Below, piece by piece: positions 36,415 through 44,964 of a stretch of DNA of 64,000 nt (position 1 is the stretch's first letter; every line of letters begins with the position of its first letter). The DNA is from Candidatus Allofournierella excrementavium (GTDB taxonomy: Bacteria; Bacillota; Clostridia; Oscillospirales; Ruminococcaceae): the NCBI GenBank assembly GCA_019120375.1, contig DWVE01000028.1, forward strand, positions 9,209 to 73,208. The letters are read 5' to 3'. Both the position numbers and the translations under genes were made by a program. Below the pieces are notes generated by a model, which was not told the DNA's origin, made no database searches, and worked only from the letters and a program-made list of their open reading frames with translations.

Positions 36415-37614
36415 ATGGCATTGATCACGCAGCAAATCATCCGCAGCGAGAATCTGCGCAGGATCTATCATCTGATCGACCGCAACGCCAACATTTCCCG
36501 CGCCAATCTGGCGGGCATCACCAGCCTGAGCAAGACCACCGTCTCCAGCCTGGTGGACGAGCTGATCCTCGGCGGGTATGTGGTGGACTGCGGCGCCGGC
36601 GTGAGCGTCCACCAGGGCAGAAGGCCCAACGCGCTGCAGGTGGACGGCGATTCCAACGTGGTGGCCGTCATCAGCTGGCGGCGCGGCCGGCTGGACATCG
36701 CCCTCGTCTCCTCCGACAGCCGCATGGCCTACCGGGGCCAGGCGCCGCTGAACGCGCCCGAAGAGGGTGTGGAGCAGATACGCCGCGCCTTTTTTGAGGT
36801 CCTTCTGCCCGCCGCCGGCAGCGCCCGCATCATGGGCGTGTGCGTCATCATTCCCGGCATTGTGGACGAGGAGCGGCAGAGCCTTTTTTCCACCGTGATC
36901 GGCGTGGGCCACGACGACCCGGTGGTGCCCCAATTGCAGCAGGCGCTGGCGGGGTATCCCCTGTGCTTTTTGAACGACACTGCCTGCCTTGGCTATGCCG
37001 AGCGGGTGTTCACCCCCGTGCGGGACCCCTATGTGGCCTATGTGAACGTCTCCAAGGGCGTGGGCGCGTGCCTGTTCGCCGAGGACCGCATGCTGCGGGG
37101 CGCGGGCGCAGTGGGCACCCAGTTCGGCCACTTTTCCATCGACCGGGACGGCCCGCTGTGCGACTGCGGCAACCGGGGCTGCCTGGAATGCCTTGTGGGC
37201 GAAAACGCCCTGGGACGGCGGGCGGCGGAGCGCGGGCTGGACGTGTCCGGCCTGGGCGGGCGGCGGCTGCTGTTCAGCGACGTGGCGGCCATGGCCGACG
37301 CGGGCGACGAAAAGGCCCGGGCGCTGATCGGCGACCTGGGGCGGGACCTGGCCTACGGCATCTCCAACCTGATCGCCCTGTTCAACCCTTCGCTGGTGGT
37401 GTTGGGCGGCACCGGCGTCACCCTGGGGCCCGCTTTTCTCGAAGCGGTCCGCACGGTGCTGGCGGGCATGGGCTTCCCCGAGTTCGTCAGCCGGGTGCGG
37501 GTGGAATACTCCCGGCTGGGGCTGGACGCGGAACTCACCGGCGCGGCCCAATACTACATCGACACCCATTACGATTTTTCCGGCAACACGCAGCAGCGGC
37601 TTTTTCTGCGCTGA
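36415..37614 (+). CDS. ROK family transcriptional regulator (NagC/XylR type)
   Basis: 399 aa. N-terminal wHTH (NLRRIYHLIDRNANISRANLAGITSLSKTTVSSLVDEL) and a ROK domain with the C.CGN.GCLE zinc motif. Confidence 0.88.
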   Translation: MALITQQIIRSENLRRIYHLIDRNANISRANLAGITSLSKTTVSSLVDELILGGYVVDCGAGVSVHQGRRPNALQVDGDSNVVAVISWRRGRLDIALVSSDSRMAYRGQAPLNAPEEGVEQIRRAFFEVLLPAAGSARIMGVCVIIPGIVDEERQSLFSTVIGVGHDDPVVPQLQQALAGYPLCFLNDTACLGYAERVFTPVRDPYVAYVNVSKGVGACLFAEDRMLRGAGAVGTQFGHFSIDRDGPLCDCGNRGCLECLVGENALGRRAAERGLDVSGLGGRRLLFSDVAAMADAGDEKARALIGDLGRDLAYGISNLIALFNPSLVVLGGTGVTLGPAFLEAVRTVLAGMGFPEFVSRVRVEYSRLGLDAELTGAAQYYIDTHYDFSGNTQQRLFLR

Positions 37615-37656
37615 TGCGCCGCGCCGCAGAATACAAGACGAAAGGCGGTTTTTACC

Positions 37657-38472
37657 ATGGACAAACGGATCATCGCGGTCAACTCCAACTGCTATCACGG
37701 CTACTCCATCGAGGAGGCGCTGGAAGGCATCGCCGCGGCGGGCTTCCACTATGTGGAGCTGACGGCCACCAAAGGCTGGACGGAGCATGTGTTCCCCGAC
37801 CAGAGCTTTGAAAAGCTCTGCGCCGTGAAGGACAAGATGAAGGAGCTGGACCTTGTCCCCTTCTCCATGAGCGGCCACTGCAACCTGATGGACGCCGCCC
37901 GCCTGCCGGATTTCATCATGAACATGCGGCTGGCCAACTTCTTCGGCTGTGACTACATCGTGTCCTCCATCGGCGAGGCCCATCTGGCGGACAACGCCAA
38001 GGCGGGCAACGACCTGCTGGCCCATAACATCAAGAGCCTTGTGCCCAAGCTGGAGGAGTACGGCCTGACCCTGGTGCTGGAACTTCACGGCGAGCACGCC
38101 ACCGGCACCATCATGAAGGAGATCGTGGACCTGGTGGGCAGCGAGCGGGTGAAGATCAACTACGACACCGCCAACTGCGTGTTCTACGCCGACGTGGACG
38201 CTGCCGACGATGTGGATACCTGCATGGGCGACATCGCCTATCTGCATCTGAAGGACAAGGCCGGCGCGCGCAACGCCTGGGACTTCCCCGCGCTGGGCAA
38301 GGGCTATGTGGATTTTGAGACCATCTTTGCCAAGCTGAAAGCCGCAAACAACAACTCCCCCTTCAGTGTGGAGATCGAGTTCACTCAGGCCGGCCCCAAG
38401 GACCTGGCCGAGATCAACACCGCCGTGCAGGATTCGGCGGCGTATCTGAAAGCCCACGGCTTTGAGCTGTGA
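37657..38472 (+). CDS. sugar phosphate isomerase/epimerase (xylose isomerase-like TIM barrel)
   Basis: 271 aa. The pattern GF..VEL, LELHG and YLHLKD is typical of the AP_endonuc_2 / TIM-barrel family. Confidence 0.8.
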   Translation: MDKRIIAVNSNCYHGYSIEEALEGIAAAGFHYVELTATKGWTEHVFPDQSFEKLCAVKDKMKELDLVPFSMSGHCNLMDAARLPDFIMNMRLANFFGCDYIVSSIGEAHLADNAKAGNDLLAHNIKSLVPKLEEYGLTLVLELHGEHATGTIMKEIVDLVGSERVKINYDTANCVFYADVDAADDVDTCMGDIAYLHLKDKAGARNAWDFPALGKGYVDFETIFAKLKAANNNSPFSVEIEFTQAGPKDLAEINTAVQDSAAYLKAHGFEL

Positions 38473-38512
38473 GCGCTTTGCAGAACACCAACGCTGAAAG
38501 GGGAATTCCGAT

Positions 38513-39508
38513 TTGGTCAATGTAGCGATCGTAGGCGCGGGGTTCATGGGCAAGACCCACCTGACCGCCTATCAGGCAATGAAGAACGTCAAGGTCACCG
38601 CCGTGTGCGACCTGGGAGAGGCCGCGGGGCGCGCGCTGGCCGAAGCCGCCGGCTGCCCCTGGTACGCCGACGGCGAAGCCATGCTGGCCGCCGAGCCGGT
38701 GGATGTGGTGGACATCTGCCTGCCCACCTTCCTCCACGAGCAGTATGTGCTGCTGGCGGCAAAGCACAAAAAGCATGTCATCTGCGAAAAGCCCGTCACC
38801 CTCTCCATGGGATCGCTGGAGCGGATGCTGGCCGCCGTCTCCGATGCGGGGGTGCAGTTTGCCGTGGGGCAGGCGGTGCGCTTCTGGCCGGAATATGTCA
38901 AGACCAAGGAGCTTTACGACGCGGGCGAGCTGGGCGCGGTGAAATACGCCCGGGCCAGCCGCCTGTCGGTGCATCCTTTGTGGAGCGAGTGGTACCGCAA
39001 GCCGGAAAACAGCGGCGGCCTGTTCGACCTGCATCTGCACGATGTGGACTATCTGTGCTATCTGTTCGGCAAGGTGAAGCAGGTCTACGCCGTGGGCCAG
39101 AAGAACGCCGTGGGCTGCTGGAACCATGTGGCCAGCTCCCTGACCTTTGAAAACGGCGTGCAGGCCACTGCCGAGGGCATCATCGAGATGCCCAAGGGCT
39201 TCCCCTTCACCATGGAGCTGAACGTGGTGGGCGACAAAAAATCCGTGAGCTACCGCATGCGCGCCGGCACCAACCTGGAAGACGTGGCCTCCGCCGTGCG
39301 GGAGACCTGGCTTTACGGCGGCGACGAGCCGCAGCTTCTCGACATCGACCCCTTCGACGCCTACCAGCGGGAGCTGGAGGACTTCATCGGCCACATCGAG
39401 GCGAGCACCCCCATCACCTCCATCACCCCGGAGGATGTGCGGCACGTGCTGTCGGTCATTCTGGCCATCCGCACCTCGCTGGAGACCGGTCAGACCGTTG
39501 CCCTCTGA
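38513..39508 (+). CDS. Gfo/Idh/MocA family oxidoreductase
   Basis: 331 aa, TTG start. Rossmann motif VAIVGAGFMGKTH and the EKP motif (VICEKPV). Confidence 0.88.
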   Translation: MVNVAIVGAGFMGKTHLTAYQAMKNVKVTAVCDLGEAAGRALAEAAGCPWYADGEAMLAAEPVDVVDICLPTFLHEQYVLLAAKHKKHVICEKPVTLSMGSLERMLAAVSDAGVQFAVGQAVRFWPEYVKTKELYDAGELGAVKYARASRLSVHPLWSEWYRKPENSGGLFDLHLHDVDYLCYLFGKVKQVYAVGQKNAVGCWNHVASSLTFENGVQATAEGIIEMPKGFPFTMELNVVGDKKSVSYRMRAGTNLEDVASAVRETWLYGGDEPQLLDIDPFDAYQRELEDFIGHIEASTPITSITPEDVRHVLSVILAIRTSLETGQTVAL

Positions 39509-39521
39509 ACAAAATAAAAGA

Positions 39522-39568
39522 CCGGCGCGTTCCCCCGCTCCATGCGGGCCGAACGCGCCGGATTTTTT
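39522..39568. terminator. bidirectional terminator
   Basis: Stem CCGGCGCGTTC / GAACGCGCCGG, then ATTTTTT, between convergent genes. Confidence 0.75.
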
Positions 39569-39572
39569 GCGC

Positions 39573-39893
39573 TCACGCCTGCTGCAAAAGCGCCTTCACC
39601 TCGTCCTTTTTCAGCACCCGGCCGCTGGCCAGCACTTTGCCGTCCACCAGAAGCGCCGGCGTGGCCATCACGCCCAGGGCCGCGATCTGCACGAAGTCGG
39701 TCACATGGCCCACTTCCTCCTGCCGGCCCAGCTCCGCCAGGGCGGCGCGCACCGCGGCTTCCAGCTCATTGCACTTGGCGCAGCCGCCGCCCAGCACAAA
39801 GATGCCGCGGCTGGTGTCCGCAGCGGGGGCATTGCAGCCGCCCGCGCAGCCGCAAGCGGTCTTTTCTTCCTTTTTCTTTCCAAACAGTCCCAT
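39573..39893 (-). CDS. thioredoxin-fold protein (redox-active disulfide protein 2-like) with Cys-rich N-extension
   Basis: 106 aa from MGLFGKKKEE (AGGAGG RBS). This is the last 106 codons of the 363-aa track ORF. CGCAGGC motif, then VLGGGCAKC (CxxC). Confidence 0.8.
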   Translation of the reverse strand: MGLFGKKKEEKTACGCAGGCNAPAADTSRGIFVLGGGCAKCNELEAAVRAALAELGRQEEVGHVTDFVQIAALGVMATPALLVDGKVLASGRVLKKDEVKALLQQA

Positions 39894-39910
39894 CGTTTTT
39901 CCTCCTTGTG

Positions 39911-40918
39911 TCAGATAAAGAATACTTGCAAGACGTTGAACAGATAGCCCACCGCCACGATGCCTGCCACGCACACCCCCACGAACAGCGCCAGCAGCTG
40001 CGGGCGCACCGCCTTGCGCAGCATGATGAGGGAGGGCAGCGACAGGGTGGTGACCGCCATCATGAAGGCCAGCACCGTACCCAGCTGGGCGCCCTTGGCC
40101 AGCAGCGCCTCCGCCACCGGGATAGTGCCGAAGATGTCGGCATACATGGGCACGCCCACCACCACCGCCAGCAGCACGCCGAAGGGGTTGCTGCCGCCCA
40201 GCAGCGTCTCCACCCAGCCGGCGGGGATCCAGTTGTGGATGACGGCCCCCACGCCCACCCCCACAAGGATGTAGGGGAACACCTTTTTCAAAGTGCCGGT
40301 CATCTGGGCGCGGGCGTAGGTGAGGCGGTCCCGCAGGGTCAGCTCCGGCAGCGAGACGTCCACGCCTCCCGCCGACAGGATGAAGGGCTCCACATACTTT
40401 TCCATGCCCAGCTTTTGAATGAGCACGCCCCCTGCCACGGCCACCACCAGCCCCAGCACCACATAGACCACCGCCACACGCGCGCCGAAGATGCCGGTGA
40501 GCAGCACAAGGCTGCCCAGGTCCACCATGGGCGATGAGATGAGGAAGGAGAAGGTCACACCCACCGGCAGCCCTGCCCCGGTGAAGCCCATGAACAGCGG
40601 GATGGAGGAGCAGGAGCAGAAGGGCGTGACCGTGCCCAGCAGCGCCGAAGCCACGTTGGCCCACAGCCCCCGGAACCGCCCCAGGATGCGCTTGGAGCGC
40701 TCCGGCGGGAAATAGCTCTGGATGTAGGAAATGCCGAAAATCAGCACGCAGAGCAGCACCGTGATCTTGACCGTGTCATAAAGGAAAAACTGCACGCTGG
40801 CCCCCAGGCGGCCCGCCGTGTCCACACCAAGGGCCCGCAGCCCCGCGCCGATGGCCTCGTTCAGCCAGTGCATCCCCAGCAGTTCGTTTTGTATCCATTG
40901 CCAAGCCGACATTCGCAT
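39911..40918 (-). CDS. permease, DUF318/ArsP-like family
   Basis: 335 aa, about 8-10 TM segments. Conserved TPFCSCSSIP motif. Confidence 0.8.
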   Translation of the reverse strand: MRMSAWQWIQNELLGMHWLNEAIGAGLRALGVDTAGRLGASVQFFLYDTVKITVLLCVLIFGISYIQSYFPPERSKRILGRFRGLWANVASALLGTVTPFCSCSSIPLFMGFTGAGLPVGVTFSFLISSPMVDLGSLVLLTGIFGARVAVVYVVLGLVVAVAGGVLIQKLGMEKYVEPFILSAGGVDVSLPELTLRDRLTYARAQMTGTLKKVFPYILVGVGVGAVIHNWIPAGWVETLLGGSNPFGVLLAVVVGVPMYADIFGTIPVAEALLAKGAQLGTVLAFMMAVTTLSLPSLIMLRKAVRPQLLALFVGVCVAGIVAVGYLFNVLQVFFI

Positions 40919-40987
40919 CGCTCTCTTTCTTATATCAAAAAGTTTTGATGTTTTATCCTGAGAAAAACGCCATCCGCATGATGGCGT

Positions 40988-41299
40988 TCATCTGCCGCAG
41001 CAGCTTTGCCCTGCTTCGGCGTTCGGGGCAGTGAGCTCTTCCAGCAGGGCCAGCGCCCGCCGCCGCCCGCTTTCGCTCAGGCGGTAATGGGTCCATTTGC
41101 CCTCCTGGCGGCTCTCCACAAGGCCGGATTCGCACAGGATCTTCATGTGATAGGAAAGGCCGGACTGGGTCAGCCCCAGGTCCTGGTCCTGCAGCACGCA
41201 GGCGCACTTTTCGCCGCTGCGCAGCCGGGCCAGAATGGCAAGGCGCTTTTCGTCGCACAAAGCGCGGAACACCGCCGCCTCCTGCCGAAAGTCCTCCAT
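40988..41299 (-). CDS. ArsR/SmtB family metalloregulator
   Basis: 103 aa from the ATG (complement of 41297-41299; GAGGTG RBS). FRALCDEKRLAILARL, putative sensing site CACV, wHTH LSYHMKIL, C-terminal CC pair. Confidence 0.88.
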   Translation of the reverse strand: MEDFRQEAAVFRALCDEKRLAILARLRSGEKCACVLQDQDLGLTQSGLSYHMKILCESGLVESRQEGKWTHYRLSESGRRRALALLEELTAPNAEAGQSCCGR

Positions 41300-41380
41300 G
41301 CCGCTCACCTCAAATCAAATTTTATTGATGTATCGAACAAAGTATACACCCTGCCGGCAGCTCTGTCAACAGGGTGTTTT

Positions 41381-42172
41381 TCACGCGGTGGGCCGGGGCC
41401 GCAGCAGATGGGCGTAGCGTTCCGCCAGCCGCTGCCAGGCGGCCCCGGCCTCTTCGGGGAGGTCCACATGGGCGATGAAGCCACGGCCCTTGGGGCCGTA
41501 GCCCTGGGCGTCGTCCCGCAGGCGGGGCACCTCGCTGAGCAGAAGGCTCATGTAGTGCTCCGGCTGCCAGAGGCCCCAGATGCGGTTGGGCGCAAAGGCA
41601 AGGCCCCTCTCCCCCGCTTCCAGCCGCGCCCGATAGGCGGCAAAGTGGACGAAGCGGGTGGTGTTTTCAGGCCACCAGCGGTCCAGCGTGGCACCGATGC
41701 GCCGCTGCATGGTGGAATCATGGAGCACGATGGCGCTGGCGGGCAGGGCGTTCTGCTCCTGCAGGATGCGAAGGGCAAAGCGCACGTTTTCGCCGCAGTT
41801 GGCGGAGGCGCTCTCCACCAGCAGGTCCTCTTCCGGGACGCCGAAGGCGCTTTGCAGGTACTCCTTCATGCACTCCCCTTCCGTGGCGCTGTGGCCGGCG
41901 GGCAGGGCGCTCTCGAACCGCTCCAGAAAGGCGGCGGTGGTGTGGCCCACCCCGCCGATGGTCATCACCTTCCGGGCAAGCCCCGCCTGCCACAGCTGCC
42001 CCGCCAGACGGCAGCCCTCCGGCAGGCTGCCGCCGAACAGCAGCAACATGTCCGCCCGGGGCGCGCCGAGGGCGTTTTGCAGCGCGGCGGCGTCCAGTTG
42101 GGGCACATCCCGCCGGGCCAGAAACTCCGCCAGGGTGTTGAAGTCCCGGGCGTCCTGTGCAAGGCCGGTCAC
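41381..42172 (-). CDS. YdcF/DUF218 family protein
   Basis: 263 aa. The pattern LLLFGGS...VGHTT...NCGEN is consistent with the ElyC/SanA/YdcF fold. 4-nt overlap with the upstream RpiR gene. Confidence 0.6.
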   Translation of the reverse strand: MTGLAQDARDFNTLAEFLARRDVPQLDAAALQNALGAPRADMLLLFGGSLPEGCRLAGQLWQAGLARKVMTIGGVGHTTAAFLERFESALPAGHSATEGECMKEYLQSAFGVPEEDLLVESASANCGENVRFALRILQEQNALPASAIVLHDSTMQRRIGATLDRWWPENTTRFVHFAAYRARLEAGERGLAFAPNRIWGLWQPEHYMSLLLSEVPRLRDDAQGYGPKGRGFIAHVDLPEEAGAAWQRLAERYAHLLRPRPTA

Positions 42173-43035
42173 TGGTTTTCCTCCTCCCGGTAAACTTTGC
42201 GGCTGACCATGCGGTTGACCCCCTCCAAAGCGCCGGAGAAGCGCTCGAAGTCCTGCAGCATCACGCCCATATAGAGGCTGTCCACGATGGCCAGCTGGGA
42301 GATGCGGGAGAACATGGTCTCGGTGTAGAAGGCGGTCTCCACGTCGCCGGTGAGCAGGGCGATGTCCGCGTGGCGCAAAATCTCCGCGCCCTTGAAGTTG
42401 GTGATGGCGATGGTCACCGCGCCCCCGGCGCGGGCCATGGCCAGGGCGTCCACCGTGTCCCGGGTGGCGCCGGAGTGGGAGATGCCCACCGCCACGTCCC
42501 CCGGGCCCAGGGCCGAGGCACAGATCTGCTGGAGGTGGCTGTCCGGGTAGGCACGGCAGGTCAGGCCGATGCGCAACAGCTTTATCACCATGTCCTGGGC
42601 CACGGCGGCGGAGTTGCCCACGCCGTAGATGTCGATGAGGCGGGCAGAGGCCAGCGCCCGCACCGCCTTTTCGTAGCTGCGGGAGTCCAGCATGCGGCGG
42701 GTGTCCTCCAGGGCGGTGAGGGCCATGGAGATCATCTTGTCCGGCACGGTGCTCAGCTTGTCGCCCGGCTGCACATGCACGTCCAGCAGCCGCCGGGGGG
42801 CCGTCGGGGCCGCTTCCTTCGCCAGCGCCAGCTTCAGGGCGCTGAACCCCTCAAAGCCCGCCGCCTCGGCAAAGCGGGCCACCGTGGGCTCGCTGACCCC
42901 TGCCGCCGCCGCCAGCTGGGCCATGGTCATCTCCGGCACCTTGGCCGGGTCGCGCAGCACCCAGTCCGCCACCTTGCGCTCGGAGGCGCGCAGCTGGGCG
43001 TAGTTTTTCTTTATCCTGCCAACGGTCTGCCCCAT
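42169..43035 (-). CDS. MurR/RpiR family transcriptional regulator
   Basis: 288 aa from [10 protein letters not shown] (AGGAGG RBS). This is the last 288 codons of the 609-aa track ORF. HTH_6 ([20 protein letters not shown]) and a SIS domain ([20 protein letters not shown]). Confidence 0.88.
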   Translation of the reverse strand: MGQTVGRIKKNYAQLRASERKVADWVLRDPAKVPEMTMAQLAAAAGVSEPTVARFAEAAGFEGFSALKLALAKEAAPTAPRRLLDVHVQPGDKLSTVPDKMISMALTALEDTRRMLDSRSYEKAVRALASARLIDIYGVGNSAAVAQDMVIKLLRIGLTCRAYPDSHLQQICASALGPGDVAVGISHSGATRDTVDALAMARAGGAVTIAITNFKGAEILRHADIALLTGDVETAFYTETMFSRISQLAIVDSLYMGVMLQDFERFSGALEGVNRMVSRKVYREEENQ

Positions 43036-43101
43036 GAGGCATCCTCCTTTTTGATTCGTACCCCCATTATACCCCGGGGGCGGGCAGGCCGCAAGGGTTT
43101 T

Positions 43102-43153
43102 TGTAGTAAAACTACATATTTCAATTGATTTTGTAGTTCCGCTGTGGTATGCT
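43102..43153. promoter_or_regulatory. palindrome TGTAGTAAAACTACA plus a third TGTAGT half-site, with promoter TTGATT-N17-TATGCT
   Basis: Perfect 6-bp arms at 43102-43116, and a repeat half-site at 43132-43137 inside the spacer of the plus-strand promoter (-35 at 43125-43130, -10 at 43148-43153). Lies in the divergent RpiR/DeoC region. Confidence 0.45.
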
Positions 43154-43248
43154 GGAACCAATGAAAGGAGATGCGCGGCCACGCCCGTTTTGCGGCAAAT
43201 TTCCACCGCGCATGAACGTGCTATGAAACCTGCAAAAAAGCTGCCGAC

Positions 43249-43965
43249 ATGACCGTGGCCGAGCTGGCCGCCTACATTGACCAGTCCGTTCTGAAGCCGG
43301 AATTCACCCAGGATGACATCCGCAAGTACATCCAGGAGGGCATCGACTTCGGCTGCCGCACCGTGTGCATCAACCCCGCCTCCCTGCCCATCGCCATCGA
43401 GCTGTGCGAAGGCACCGACACCAAGATCTGCGTGGTGTGCGACTTCCCCTTCGGCCTGTCCACCACCGCTTCCAAGGTGATGCAGGCGGAAGAGTACTGC
43501 AAGACCGGCAAAATTTTTGAGCTGGACATCGTTGCCAACTACGGCTGGATCCGCAGCGGCATGTGGGCCGAGGTGGAGGCCGACATCAAGGCCGTGTGCG
43601 ACACCTGCCACAAGTACGGCACCGAAGTGAAGGTCATCTTCGAGACCGACGCTTTGACCCTGGACGAGGTGAAGAAGGCCACCGAGACCGCCATTGCCGC
43701 GGGCGCTGACTTTGTGAAGACCAGCACCGGCTTCTTCACCGGCGGCAAGAACGAGGGCGCCACCTACGAGGTCATCCAGGCCATGATGGACACCGCCCAG
43801 GGCCGTTGCAAGATCAAGGGTTCCGGCTGCATCCGCACCCGCGAGCACTTCCTGAAGCTCATCGACATGGGCATCGACCGCATGGGCATCGGCTACCGCT
43901 CCACCCCCGTGGTGCTGAACTGCACCCCCGAGGAAGCCAAGGCCATGCGCGAGGGCAAGGCGTAA
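43249..43965 (+). CDS. DeoC/LacD-family class I aldolase (deoxyribose-phosphate aldolase-like)
   Basis: 238 aa. LAAYIDQSVLKPEFT, VCINP, Schiff-base lysine motif ADFVKTSTGF, IKGSGCIRT. The RBS is weak. Confidence 0.85.
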   Translation: MTVAELAAYIDQSVLKPEFTQDDIRKYIQEGIDFGCRTVCINPASLPIAIELCEGTDTKICVVCDFPFGLSTTASKVMQAEEYCKTGKIFELDIVANYGWIRSGMWAEVEADIKAVCDTCHKYGTEVKVIFETDALTLDEVKKATETAIAAGADFVKTSTGFFTGGKNEGATYEVIQAMMDTAQGRCKIKGSGCIRTREHFLKLIDMGIDRMGIGYRSTPVVLNCTPEEAKAMREGKA

Positions 43966-43985
43966 ATTTCTTTTGAACGCAGAAA

Positions 43986-44040
43986 AAGACCGCCGCATCG
44001 GAACACCGATCGGAACACCGATGCAGCGGTCTTTTGTTTT
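43986..44040. terminator. bidirectional terminator containing a tandem 12-mer
   Basis: Stem AAGACCGC-GCATCGG ... CCGATGC-GCGGTCTT flanked by an A-run and T-run. The loop carries ATCGGAACACCG twice (43997-44020). Confidence 0.75.
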
Positions 44041-44045
44041 GTTGT

Positions 44046-44954
44046 TCAGCCGCCCACCCGGGCGTCCAGCCCCATGGAGCAGGCCAGCTGCCGCCAGGGT
44101 TCCACTTCCCCTTTGGTGAGCATGGGGGTGTCGCCCAGCGGGTAGTCCCGGCCCAGCGCGGCATACTTGTTTTTGCCCAGCGTGTGGTAGGGCAAGAGGT
44201 CCAGCCGCTTTGCGCCGCAGTCCAGCGCCAAGGCAAAGATGCCCTTCATGCTGGCCTCGTCGTGGTTGAAACCGGGAATCACCGGCACCCGGACCACCAC
44301 CTCCCGGCCCAGCTCCACCGCGCGCCGCAGGTTGGCGGTCGCACGGGCGAGGTCCGCGCCGGTCACTTCGGCAAGGCGGGCACTGTCGGCGCTCTTCAAG
44401 TCGAAGAGGAACAGGTCGAGATAGGGCGCGCAGGTCTCCAGCGCCGCGGGCGTGAACGCGCCGCAGGTCTCGGCGGCGGTGTGCAGGCCGTGCTGCTTGC
44501 AGAGGGAGAGAAACTCCGCCAGCGCCTCGGGCTGGGTCAGCGGCTCGCCGCCGGAGACGGTGACGCCCCCGCCGGAAGTCTCATAATAGTCCGCATCCCG
44601 CAGCACCTCTTCCAGCAGCGATTCCGGGGTGCGCTCGGTTCCCGAGACCTGCAGCGCGCCGGCGGGGCAGACCGCCGCACAGGCGCCGCAGGCGACGCAC
44701 TTTGCCCGGTCCAGCCGGGGCTTTTCCCCCGGGCGGCCGCTCCTGGCCCCCTGTTCGCAGGCGGTCAGGCAGCCGCCGCAGGCGGTGCACTTATTGGAAA
44801 ACCACAAAAGCTGGGCCGCCGCGCTCTGGGACTCGGGGTTCGCGCACCAGGGGCAGTGGAGCGGGCAGCCTTTTAAAAACACGGTGGTGCGGATGCCCGG
44901 CCCGTCCTTGGTGGCGAACCGCTCCACATCCATCACCCGCAGGGTCTTTGTCAT
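44046..44954 (-). CDS. glycyl-radical enzyme activating protein (radical SAM)
   Basis: 302 aa from MTKTLRV (GAGAGG RBS; an alternative ATG at 44972 overlaps the GRE stop). CPLHCPWC (CxxxCxxC) and two ferredoxin clusters, CTACGGCLTAC and CVACGACAAVC. Confidence 0.9.
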   Translation of the reverse strand: MTKTLRVMDVERFATKDGPGIRTTVFLKGCPLHCPWCANPESQSAAAQLLWFSNKCTACGGCLTACEQGARSGRPGEKPRLDRAKCVACGACAAVCPAGALQVSGTERTPESLLEEVLRDADYYETSGGGVTVSGGEPLTQPEALAEFLSLCKQHGLHTAAETCGAFTPAALETCAPYLDLFLFDLKSADSARLAEVTGADLARATANLRRAVELGREVVVRVPVIPGFNHDEASMKGIFALALDCGAKRLDLLPYHTLGKNKYAALGRDYPLGDTPMLTKGEVEPWRQLACSMGLDARVGG

Positions 44955-44964
44955 GGCGCGCCTC

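Noticed and set aside
39573-40664. 363-aa minus-strand ORF spanning the thioredoxin-fold gene and beyond (similar cases: 42169-43998, 609 aa; 11779-12657, 292 aa)
   Set aside because: Only the 3' portions are real genes with RBSs: 106 aa thioredoxin-fold, 288 aa RpiR and 128 aa LpdD-like. The 5' extensions overlap other genes out of frame or antisense and are low-complexity.
43997-44020. Tandem 12-mer ATCGGAACACCG x2 as a repeat or CRISPR-like element
   Set aside because: There are only two copies with no spacers. It lies in the loop and stem of a bidirectional terminator between convergent genes.
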